Assembly: GCA_963665665.1 (NCBI GenBank)
Contig: OY762428.1
Location: 128,001-192,000 of the forward strand
DNA length: 64,000 nt
Direction of reading: 5' to 3'
Source of the DNA: Candidatus Kapaibacterium sp.
Lineage (GTDB): Bacteria; Bacteroidota; Ignavibacteria; Kapaibacteriales; UBA2268
Shown here: positions 1-8,709 of the stretch, in pieces
Numbering within the stretch: position 1 is the first letter of the stretch
How the letters are laid out: every line of letters starts with the position of its first letter
Position numbers and translations under genes: made by a program
Notes under the pieces: generated by a model
Told to the model about the DNA's origin: nothing
Database searches by the model: none
The model's input: only the letters and a program-made list of their open reading frames with translations

Positions 1-525
1 GGGCGCAAGGTCAATTTCTCCGATCAGGTTTTCAATCTGCATAATCTGCTCCTCGATCTCCCTGCCGCGTTTGCTGTAATATTTCAGGTTCCTGAGCAGG
101 TTGTCCGAAGCGCCGAGAACAATTTTTTTTGCCAGTTCCATCCGTTTTTTCTTGTTTTTATAATGCAACACCTGGCGCACCAGCAGGTATCCGCTGATAA
201 GTTTCTTCTTACATACGTAGCTGCCGTGGTAAAAGCCGTAGCGGTTAAAAAAATGGATATTAATATCGTTCGCGGAGCAGAACTCCAGGAAGCGGGTATT
301 GAACGAGGCCTCGGCCATGATATAGAAATTGGAAATATCATGTACCGGAACAACCTTTTTCCGGACGCTGTCGGCAAAGGGCTGGTCGCTGTCAATCGAT
401 AGCAGAATTTCTTCCTGAAGCTGAAAATCTTCTTCGGGCGGAACTTCGGCGAAGGGATGAAAAAAGACTGTATTGTCCTTTCGCATCAGTTTTCCGGGCG
501 TAAAAATATAGAGATTTTTCTTCAT
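1..525 (-). CDS. cas1: CRISPR-associated endonuclease Cas1 (type I-B-like), runs off the left window edge
   Basis: Manual translation from ATG at 525: MKKNLYIFTPGKLMRKDNTVFF...KVVPVHDISNFYIMAEASFNTRFLEFCSANDINIHFFNRYGFYHGSY...LVRQVLHY, a typical I-B Cas1 N-terminus. Directly downstream of cas4. Absent from the ORF track because there is no stop inside the window. Confidence 0.93.
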   Translation of the reverse strand, partial: MKKNLYIFTPGKLMRKDNTVFFHPFAEVPPEEDFQLQEEILLSIDSDQPFADSVRKKVVPVHDISNFYIMAEASFNTRFLEFCSANDINIHFFNRYGFYHGSYVCKKKLISGYLLVRQVLHYKNKKKRMELAKKIVLGASDNLLRNLKYYSKRGREIEEQIMQIENLIGEIDLAP

Positions 526-537
526 AAGCGCAATAAG

Positions 538-1053
538 TTAAATGAAACATAGCTCGTAGTAGGCGCATTTTTTGCAAACGCCGGTATTCTTTGGCAGCGC
601 GTCGGGCAGCCCGGCATTTTTCACATCCTCAACGCCTTTCAGAATATTCATCAGTTCGGGAATATCCTCGTCGGCAAGCGTGATTTTATTTTTTTTCTTC
701 AATTCAGGATAGTTCAATTCGCCGGTAAAATCACCAATGCCCTTAGTTTTGAAATACCAGATATAATACCTGAGCTGCCAGCCGTGGGCATCTTCCATGC
801 GGTCGGATTTTTTCACCTCGTGGATAATTTTTTTATCTAAGTCCAACCAGTCAACTTTGACTTTGTCAATCAGGAATTCTTTCTTTTTCCGCATATAATG
901 CGAGCTGTGCAAAAGGTTGCCAAGCGCGACGTTGTCGTGTTCGGCCTCGCAGTTGATATACTTTGCTGAATACCAAAGCTTCCGCTTACAGACAAAGAAA
1001 TAATTAATTTCAGTGCCTGTAGCGGAAAGCTGTAAATATAGTTCTTCGTTCAT
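538..1053 (-). CDS. cas4: CRISPR-associated exonuclease Cas4
   Basis: TGTEINYFFVCKRKLWY, RecB-like D...EVKKS, QLRYY, C-terminal CKKCAYYELC Fe-S cysteines. Confidence 0.96.
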   Translation of the reverse strand: MNEELYLQLSATGTEINYFFVCKRKLWYSAKYINCEAEHDNVALGNLLHSSHYMRKKKEFLIDKVKVDWLDLDKKIIHEVKKSDRMEDAHGWQLRYYIWYFKTKGIGDFTGELNYPELKKKNKITLADEDIPELMNILKGVEDVKNAGLPDALPKNTGVCKKCAYYELCFI

Positions 1054-3335
1054 AAGCTACTAAATTTGTTTTTCGTAATCGAAAGAGGCATATTAATGCC
1101 AATTTCATATTGATAAATATCATTATTCAAAATCAATATTGGTTCAACTTCACTACCAATTTGAATTTTTTGCAGATGGCATAAGCCATTTTTTAAAAGT
1201 TTTTCAATTTGATATAGAGGCAACTCGATTGAATGCTCAATTTTCCATGAGTTAAAATCATTGTAAGAATAGAAGAAATAATTATCTGGTTTGCATATAT
1301 AAATTGATTCTTGAGGCGGAATATCCCTGCTTTTCCAATCAAGATTTTCAAATCCTTCTTTATCAATTTGATTTACAGGATTAATTAGCCAATTATTTTT
1401 AAACATTTCTTTAAGAGTTCTGGCATTTTCTATTGATTTAACATTCTTCTCCTTATTGGTGTTATAAATAGTATTCAATAATTCGACAAGTTTATCAGGA
1501 TTGTATTTTTGCAATTTCAAAAGTTCTTTAGTTTTAGTTAATTCAATAACTGGTTCCCAATTTTTCTCTTTTCTTTGATAAGTTCCATAGGGAGCCGGGT
1601 ATATTTTGTTATCTTTTAAAGGAATTAAAACAAATAAATCACCGATTTTATCATTCTCAAACCTGCATAACCTTCCAGCCCTTTGTGTTAATCTGTCAAT
1701 TGGACATATTTCACTTATCATTATTTCAGCGCTGATATTAATACTCATTTCTCCGATCTGAGTCATAATAGCAATTCCTTGGGCATCATTTCTTTTCCAT
1801 GCTTCTTTACCGAGTTTTGAAATTAATTCATCTTCTTTTTTCTTCTTGTCCGGCTCGGTAAAACGGCTGTGGTATAGAATTGGTTTTACGCCCCTTGCTT
1901 CAAAATAGTCGTAATATTTACGAGCTGAATCAACTGTATTCGCATAAATTATTGCCACTCCTTTTTCAATACACTTGTCCAAAATATCTGAGATTTCGTC
2001 AATATAAGTATATTCGACAATTGATTTGACTTCGAACCGATCTCTATCCGAATCAGATTTATCCTCGTAAATCTGTGGTACATCGTATCCGATTTTTCTG
2101 TATTCTTCAATAACACATTCAGGAAGTGAGGCGCTCATAAGTAAAACGGGGACATTCCAAACTTTTAAAGCTCTGAGCAAGACCAATATATTTTCCTGTA
2201 CAAATTCATCATAGAAATCAGCTTCGTCAATAACAAGACAGGAATTAGCCATATTGAACGTAATATGGTGATGATCCTCTCGGCTCAATGTCAGAGCAGT
2301 AAGCAGATGATCTATTGTGCAAACAGTTGTAGTTGTTTCCAATAATCTTGCAAACTCATGGATAGACTTTGCATCTTCCTTGCGAATTTTATTGTTTTCA
2401 ATATCATCTTGAAATTTATTAAACCATGCGCTTGAATGATACAGTCCCGTTTCCGATAAAGATTCAGTTACGCTGATTGATAATGCTGTTGAAGTAAATC
2501 GGGTAGGCATAGCAATTATTAACCTGTCTGCCCGGCCATTTTGAATTTGTTTCTTTGCCCAAAGAAGTGAAGCGTCTGTTTTTCCTGCTCCTGTTGGTGC
2601 TCTTATAAGCAATAAATCAGAGTCCCATTTTTCATTAACCAGCGTTTGGACTCCTCTTTTATTTTCGAAAGGAAATTCATATACAAATTTTTTAAAATCA
2701 GGAAGCAAACAACCCTCTTCTTTCGCACTGGCTCTTCTGTCTGAAAGTTGCAACAAACTTCGTAAAGCAGCGGTTTCATATTGAACCTTTACTATCCGAT
2801 CAAAAGCATCCAAATCAAAGCATTCCGAATTTTTATTACTTTTAAGATCAAAATATTTCCAGTATTTTATTGCATCTTCATCTATCCACCGGTGTTGATG
2901 TTTTCTGCTTAGTTTTGAATGATGTGCAGCAATAGCAACAAGAACCGATAGTGGCAATTTTTCAATTTGTAATCTTTTAAGGCTTGCAATTTCATGCCTG
3001 ACTTTAGCATTACGAATATTCTTGCCAGCATCATCGCCAACATCTTTTTTAAAATTATCAAAATTCCCTTCATTACATTTCTTCCAAATTTTGTAATGTT
3101 GGTAATCTTTCTGACAGGCTGTTTGCCACTTGGGAGTTTTCTTTCCTTCATCATGATACTTACAAACGAATTCTAATCTTTTTTCAAGTGATTCCCCAGT
3201 TCTTTTATTATACTTACTGAAAGTATTTTGCCTGATTTTCTGAATAATTTTGGCCTCAGATATTACATTGGCAACATGTTCTTCCAATGTAATACCCGAG
3301 GGTTTTGCCAAAAATATTTTTTCTTTTTTAATCAC
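1050..3335 (-). CDS. cas3: CRISPR-associated HD nuclease/helicase Cas3
   Basis: N-terminal LAK..TLEEH and HDEGK HD domain, AAHH, Walker A APTGAGKT, DEAD-like IDEAD, SAS, YHSRF, QRAGR. Likely GTG start at 3335, overlapping the cas7 3' end (ORF track starts at 3353). Confidence 0.96.
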   Translation of the reverse strand: MIKKEKIFLAKPSGITLEEHVANVISEAKIIQKIRQNTFSKYNKRTGESLEKRLEFVCKYHDEGKKTPKWQTACQKDYQHYKIWKKCNEGNFDNFKKDVGDDAGKNIRNAKVRHEIASLKRLQIEKLPLSVLVAIAAHHSKLSRKHQHRWIDEDAIKYWKYFDLKSNKNSECFDLDAFDRIVKVQYETAALRSLLQLSDRRASAKEEGCLLPDFKKFVYEFPFENKRGVQTLVNEKWDSDLLLIRAPTGAGKTDASLLWAKKQIQNGRADRLIIAMPTRFTSTALSISVTESLSETGLYHSSAWFNKFQDDIENNKIRKEDAKSIHEFARLLETTTTVCTIDHLLTALTLSREDHHHITFNMANSCLVIDEADFYDEFVQENILVLLRALKVWNVPVLLMSASLPECVIEEYRKIGYDVPQIYEDKSDSDRDRFEVKSIVEYTYIDEISDILDKCIEKGVAIIYANTVDSARKYYDYFEARGVKPILYHSRFTEPDKKKKEDELISKLGKEAWKRNDAQGIAIMTQIGEMSINISAEIMISEICPIDRLTQRAGRLCRFENDKIGDLFVLIPLKDNKIYPAPYGTYQRKEKNWEPVIELTKTKELLKLQKYNPDKLVELLNTIYNTNKEKNVKSIENARTLKEMFKNNWLINPVNQIDKEGFENLDWKSRDIPPQESIYICKPDNYFFYSYNDFNSWKIEHSIELPLYQIEKLLKNGLCHLQKIQIGSEVEPILILNNDIYQYEIGINMPLSITKNKFSSL

Positions 3336-4245
3336 GGCCAAAAGCTTCGGCAAATGTTTTTACTTCATCACCCTCCGAAGGATCAAATAAGATATTATCT
3401 TCTAAGAATTTCATTGCTTCATCGTAAGCTTTTTGGACACTATTTTCAGTTTTATCATTTCCAATAAAATATTTTGCTCCTTGAGCATTAAGTTCAGCAA
3501 TAATATTTTGTTTTTCCTGATCGTCGGCAATAAAATATCGACTTGCTTTTCTGCCAAGTTTTTCATCAAACACAATTAATACTTCCTGTGGTTCCCCGCT
3601 TACGGCATTTCGTGCCTGGCTTGCGTAGTCATTCATATAACGGGTTGCTTCAAGATAAAGTTTTGCCCTTCGCTTTCTTTCGGAATCTTTGGCATGTTTG
3701 AAATATTTTGTACCGATATTGAAGCCTCCTTCATACTTAAATGCTTTGGAAATACTCAGTCCGGAAATATCCAGAAAGAAGTTCATGTGCATTAAATCAT
3801 ACTCCGAAAATTCCTTTGTCGCTAAGGATTGTTTTTTAGCATCTTCAGTTTCATCGAAACGAATTCTTACTAATAAATCGCGTCCTACATCGCTTGGTTT
3901 TATAGCAACAGCGGGTGTAACAGAAAGCGGCGCAGTTCTCCTTCCGGAATAATCGCCTTTAGACGGATGCATGAATCCGCCCATATCGGAGCGTAAATCC
4001 TTTTCAATTAAATTACTGACCCCATCCCCGTTTGAAACAAAAGTTTCGCCTCTATTTTCATCGAATTCATTCAGTCGGTCAATCGCTGAAAACAGAACAT
4101 GTCGTTGCATCTGACCCGATACATAAACTTTCCCGTCTGGTCTTCTTTTTATTGATGAAGCGTTGCCTAATAATTTTTCACCACCGTTAGCTATGTGGTT
4201 TTCGAAAGGTGCTAATATCGATACTAAGATTCCTTTGATTTTCAT
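3328..4245 (-). CDS. cas7: Type I (PGING-like) Cas7/Csp1 backbone subunit
   Basis: Position between cas8 and cas3. NHIANGGEKLLGNASSIK, YVSGQMQRH and DLRSDMGGFM resemble Cas7/Csp1 of Bacteroidota I-B variants. Confidence 0.88.
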   Translation of the reverse strand: MKIKGILVSILAPFENHIANGGEKLLGNASSIKRRPDGKVYVSGQMQRHVLFSAIDRLNEFDENRGETFVSNGDGVSNLIEKDLRSDMGGFMHPSKGDYSGRRTAPLSVTPAVAIKPSDVGRDLLVRIRFDETEDAKKQSLATKEFSEYDLMHMNFFLDISGLSISKAFKYEGGFNIGTKYFKHAKDSERKRRAKLYLEATRYMNDYASQARNAVSGEPQEVLIVFDEKLGRKASRYFIADDQEKQNIIAELNAQGAKYFIGNDKTENSVQKAYDEAMKFLEDNILFDPSEGDEVKTFAEAFGRD

Positions 4246-4264
4246 TTTTATACTCCAATTTTTA

Positions 4265-5737
4265 TTAATTTACAGTTTCAAAAATAATGTCATCTTCTTT
4301 AATTTCTTCTTCTTTAACTTCTTTTTCTGGCAGATTCTTTAGCCTTGAAAAAGCTATTATCAAATTTTTTGACTGTTCTAACGACAATTCTTCGCTTGCT
4401 GTTTTCTCGAAAAATAGTTCGGCTTCTTTTGGCGCCTCGCTATAAGAAAGCCTTCCTGCTCTGGTAACCGTTTGGGCAATAAGCGCAGTTCCGTCTTTTG
4501 CCGAAAAAGCGGCGCTTTCCAGTTCAATTAATGCCTTAGCTTTAGCCTCTCTGATTTTTTCAGGAGTAGCTCCATCTCCAATTTCATTCTTTGCGGCAAT
4601 ATATGCCACTCGATTAAGCCATCTGCCATAAGCCTTTGCAGATTCGATGATTTCAGGTTTGATTTTTTCCATTTTCTTAAAAAATATGTTGAACAAAATT
4701 TCTGTTTTTTCAGGATATTCGGCTCTAAAGGAAAGAAAATCTTTAAACGCCGGTCGGTTAAATAATTGCAAAAAGCGGCTTGTCATTAGGTCAAATTTTT
4801 GATACTCTGTATTATTATAGGTTCTTCTGTCCTGATTATATAACTTCGAATAATACAGACCGTCAATAATTGTTTTTAATACGCTATCCTTAGCAAGATC
4901 AATAATATAGTGATGAACGCTAAAAGGCTGCGCATCTCCATATTTAATTATATATAAGGTTGAATTCTTCAAACTTTCCAATACTGACTTTGCTAATTCA
5001 GAAGTTTCTTCTAATTTGGCAAATTCACCTATAGCGGCAATTAACCCAATACCACCAAGAATTGAACTTTTAGGAGCATTGGGAAAATTTCCATGATAAA
5101 TACTTGGTCTTTTAGGATAATATTTTTTATCTTTTTCTTCAACCTTCCCAAAATACAACTCTTTTGTGTTTTCCATGATTGTCATTTTTTTAAACAAACG
5201 AACAAAACTTATCATTTCATCAACATTTAAGTCAGGAATTATACAAAAATTATTATAATTGGGAAACGAACTCAAACATGGTTTTATAGGCGTTAGGGTT
5301 GTGACAGTTAACAAACCTCTTGTTTCGAGAGAAGCTTTACTTAATCCTCGAAAATCACTTTTTACAAAAGATAAATACTCACCAGCAATTGGCAACATAC
5401 CTTGTAATACATCTCTTTTACTATCTTTTTTTTGCTCATGAAATATTTTAATTAATTCATTAGCTTTATTCCAAATATTTACAGATTTTTTCGCAGAAGT
5501 AATGACATTGTATGCTAAAAAAATAAAATTTGGAGCATTATTTTTCTTTCGCGTGTATCTATACTGTATCTTATCCTTATTATTATAAGAATCTTTCGGT
5601 TCCATGCTAAAAAATTCCAAACAATATTCCAACTCTTTACAAATATGTTTTTTTGTAATCGCTGAAATATTTTCTAAATGATATTTGTCGCAAAGTATTG
5701 CTTGTGAATATCTACTATATACATTCTCATTCTCCAT
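4265..5737 (-). CDS. cas8: Type I (PGING-like) large subunit Cas8/Csp2
   Basis: About 490 aa between cas5 and cas7. RPSIYHGNFPNAP and FLSFRAEYP motifs, helical C-terminal domain. Likely start MENEN at 5737, overlapping the cas5 end. Confidence 0.82.
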   Translation of the reverse strand: MENENVYSRYSQAILCDKYHLENISAITKKHICKELEYCLEFFSMEPKDSYNNKDKIQYRYTRKKNNAPNFIFLAYNVITSAKKSVNIWNKANELIKIFHEQKKDSKRDVLQGMLPIAGEYLSFVKSDFRGLSKASLETRGLLTVTTLTPIKPCLSSFPNYNNFCIIPDLNVDEMISFVRLFKKMTIMENTKELYFGKVEEKDKKYYPKRPSIYHGNFPNAPKSSILGGIGLIAAIGEFAKLEETSELAKSVLESLKNSTLYIIKYGDAQPFSVHHYIIDLAKDSVLKTIIDGLYYSKLYNQDRRTYNNTEYQKFDLMTSRFLQLFNRPAFKDFLSFRAEYPEKTEILFNIFFKKMEKIKPEIIESAKAYGRWLNRVAYIAAKNEIGDGATPEKIREAKAKALIELESAAFSAKDGTALIAQTVTRAGRLSYSEAPKEAELFFEKTASEELSLEQSKNLIIAFSRLKNLPEKEVKEEEIKEDDIIFETVN

Positions 5738-6428
5738 ATTCAATCCTAGTATTAATCCAACCTTCACTGTTTCCTAAATATGTTATATTGTATTCGAATA
5801 AATGATTTTCAACTAATTCGAACAAATCAAAATCAAACCATAGTCTAAAAACAAAACTATGGTTATAATAATAATATTCTCTGTTTGTAGGTTTAGTATA
5901 ACAGAATGGATAATTTCGATGATTTTGATTAAAATATAATCCGAAATTAAAATCCTTATTTTTTTCTAATCTTCTTAGGTTCGGTATAAGTCGATAATCG
6001 AGATTTGGAGTTCCCTTAGGATGTGTATCAGAAATTTCATTATCTCCGGCTCTTCTTAAACATCTGCTCCACAGATCAATAAAAGAAAAATATTCGGGAA
6101 TTTCAACAGATTCAATTTCAAAATAATCCATAAGCAAGGGAATATAAGTTGAGCCGTGTTGATATTTTATATATGGAACTTTTTGCTTTTTTCGCAATTT
6201 TACTAAATCTTTTACAATTGCCATTCTATCTGCAATATCAATATGCCACCCTAAGATATTTTCAAACAAGCCACAAAGCATTTTTTTTGACGGGCTTTTC
6301 AAGGACTTGTAGAAAGATCCCGGTAAGTCGTTAACCATTGATAATGGAGCTAAGGGATCGATTATCAATTTCACTTTCTTTTCAGGTTTTGGTATTTTTT
6401 CCAATATAGATAAATTTATTTCTTGCAT
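5727..6428 (-). CDS. cas5: Type I (PGING-like) Cas5p
   Basis: PLAPLSMV..LPGSFYKS...PSKKMLCGLFENILGWH, C-terminal YLGNSEGW. AGGAG RBS before ATG at 6428. Confidence 0.88.
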   Translation of the reverse strand: MQEINLSILEKIPKPEKKVKLIIDPLAPLSMVNDLPGSFYKSLKSPSKKMLCGLFENILGWHIDIADRMAIVKDLVKLRKKQKVPYIKYQHGSTYIPLLMDYFEIESVEIPEYFSFIDLWSRCLRRAGDNEISDTHPKGTPNLDYRLIPNLRRLEKNKDFNFGLYFNQNHRNYPFCYTKPTNREYYYYNHSFVFRLWFDFDLFELVENHLFEYNITYLGNSEGWINTRIEYGE

Positions 6429-6436
6429 AATAACTC

Positions 6437-7093
6437 CTATAATCTTACAGCCCCGAAACCTGCCCCGGCACTCTCGCCAACGCCTACGTTGTAGGCAAAG
6501 CGGATCAGTTCGGGAGCGCCCTCGAGTATCACGGGGCACAGGTTGGCTTTGTTTTGAATATTATTGAAATTGACAATTTTTGTTTTCGCGCGCTGGTAGT
6601 CACGGTCGAATCGTATTCTAATATCGCCGCTCAGCCCGGCCAGCTTCATTTTGCTCTGCATTACTTCGGTCATTCGTTCGTCGGCTGCAGGATTATTCCA
6701 CTCCAGGTGCTCGCATCCCTTATCGGTTTTCCGGCGCACCAGGGCAGGGGAAGCCAGGTGCAGGTATTCCCTTTCCGAGAACTCGGGCCTGCTGCCGATA
6801 ATTATCTCCTGCGCGCGCATCCCGTTGAACATCGTCGGATCATCTCTTACCCCGGTGATAATGCGCTCCAATAAATCTCCCTCGTGCGCCGATATAAAGA
6901 AATTTGCGCCCTCAGGGAAGTTTAGCCCCTTCTTTGCCGGACGTGCTCCGCTCAGCCAGCTTATTGAGTAGAGCGATATGCCGTCGTGCTCTATATTCTC
7001 GCCAAGCCATTTGTGCAGCGCCCCGACCATTTTCTGTTGGTAATCGTAATGTACAAGCTCAGTGTTCCGGCTTGTTTGGAAATATAATCTCAA
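6437..7093 (-). CDS. cas6: CRISPR-associated endoribonuclease Cas6
   Basis: YDYQQKMVGALHKWLG, HDGISLYS, C-terminal G-rich loop GVGESAGAGFG. GGAGG RBS before TTG at 7093. Confidence 0.95.
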   Translation of the reverse strand: MRLYFQTSRNTELVHYDYQQKMVGALHKWLGENIEHDGISLYSISWLSGARPAKKGLNFPEGANFFISAHEGDLLERIITGVRDDPTMFNGMRAQEIIIGSRPEFSEREYLHLASPALVRRKTDKGCEHLEWNNPAADERMTEVMQSKMKLAGLSGDIRIRFDRDYQRAKTKIVNFNNIQNKANLCPVILEGAPELIRFAYNVGVGESAGAGFGAVRL

Positions 7094-7807
7094 TTGCGCC
7101 TCCAAAATTATAAATATTAGATGACTTGATATCAAAACCATGTATATCAAGGTTAGTTCAAGCCTCTGATTGCGACTTGATAATATTATATAAATAGTCA
7201 GTTAACTGATGACATCTGAATGTGATATCAATCCGGTAGCTGGATCAATTTCATCGAAAAATATTAAAATACAAGCATAAGAAAATCTCCCACAAATAAT
7301 ACCCCTCTTAAAATAAGATTTCTGCCCGATAAGCAGGAAATAAGACTATTTTTTTTCTTTTCACTGATTTTATTATTATATTATACAAAAAATAAATTAT
7401 AATTCCAATTATTTTGATATTTTTTGAAGTTAGTATTTTCTTCTGAATAAGTTTTTTTCCTGATCTTTATAAATTGAAGATTTTAAGCTAATAAATTTGA
7501 GAAATTGTCAGATAATGATAAAATATGAAATACAAAAGGAATCCAGACTGATTTTATTATTTTATTATTATTCTGAGAATTTTGAAATTCAATAGCATGA
7601 AAAAATTGTATTTTGCCATCTTAAAAACTGGGGTAAGAACTCTTGATCATTATCGATAATATTGAAGAGAATTGTCTTATATTGGATTTATGATAATGTT
7701 TACAATTATTGAATATAAAAAATATTGTTTAGAATAATGTTATATATAATTTATAATTATTTTATAAGTATATATAATATATAGAGTAATGATATTATTA
7801 CTACAGT

Positions 7808-8467
7808 CCCGAAGGGAGGGCTTTGAAGAAGAATAAGGCAACAACAGAATAAAACATCAGTACTTTGCTTCCGGACAAGGCAGCAATGAAGCAAAACATT
7901 GCTGCAATAGTGTCGACCAAGAGTTCATTATCTTCAAACATCGGTGCATCGATTTGGAACAATGCGTCATTATCTTCAACCAGGGCGGCAATGACTTTGA
8001 CCAAGGCGTCATTGACTTCGACCAAGGCGGCAATAGGTTAAACCTTTGGTACTTTGCTTCTGAACATCGGTGCATTATTCCTGACCCCTCCCAAACCCTC
8101 CCCAAAGGGGAGGGCTTTGAAGAAGAATAAGGCGGCAATGAAGCAAAACATTGCTGCAATAGTGTCGAACAAGACCTCAATACCTCTGACCCCTCCCAAA
8201 CCCTCCCCGAAGGAGAGGGCTTTGAAGAAGAATAAGGCGGCAATGGATTCGAACAAGAGTTCATTATCATCAAACATCAGTACATTGATTTGGAACAATG
8301 CGACAATAAAGCAAAACATTGCTGCAATAGCTTCAACCAAGAGTTCATTATCTTCAAACAAGGCGGCAATGACTCCGACCAAGGTAGCAATGACTCCGAC
8401 CAAGGCATCAATGGAATCAACCATTGGTGCATCGGCTTCGACCCCTCCCAAACCCTCCCCGAAGGGG
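7808..8467. repeat. 21-nt-period modular tandem array with embedded 42-nt hairpin units (left part, interrupted by IS)
   Basis: Units from 7825, e.g. GAAGCAAAACATTGCTGCAAT, AGTGTCGACCAAGAGTTCATT, ATCTTCAAACATCGGTGCATC, GACTCCGACCAAGGCATCAAT. Register is maintained through the CCCTCCCCRAAGGRGAGGG hairpins. Confidence 0.9.
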
Positions 8468-8475
8468 CATATGCG

Positions 8476-8709
8476 CTAACTTAGTGAAAATAAGTAATTC
8501 ATACTACTTTGCCTTTTTCGATGTCCTTCTTTTAGGCAATTAGAAACATCATCCCAGTTGTTAATACATTGATACAAAGTAATACCGGGACTGATGATTT
8601 TCAATAAAATATCTTTAACAAATACATTTTCACGCCATTGTGATGTACTCCTTTTATCATTCTCTTTTATTAAACCTGTAGCCCCAGGGGGAAAAACGCT
8701 CACCTTCAT
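8476..8709 (-). CDS. Possible frameshift extension or small second ORF of the IS4 element
   Basis: 77-codon +1-frame ORF overlapping the transposase end at a T5C5 run, with its stop codon inside the TIR. Confidence 0.4.
   Translation of the reverse strand: MKVSVFPPGATGLIKENDKRSTSQWRENVFVKDILLKIISPGITLYQCINNWDDVSNCLKEGHRKRQSSMNYLFSLS

Noticed and set aside
84-577. ORF-track calls 84-395, 163-402 and 392-577
   Set aside because: Shadow frames of cas1 (525 to the window edge)
7801-8484. Multiple overlapping ORFs (74-141 aa) on both strands
   Set aside because: By-products of a stop-poor 21-nt repeat; no RBS, no consistent coding frame, and interrupted by hairpins and an IS
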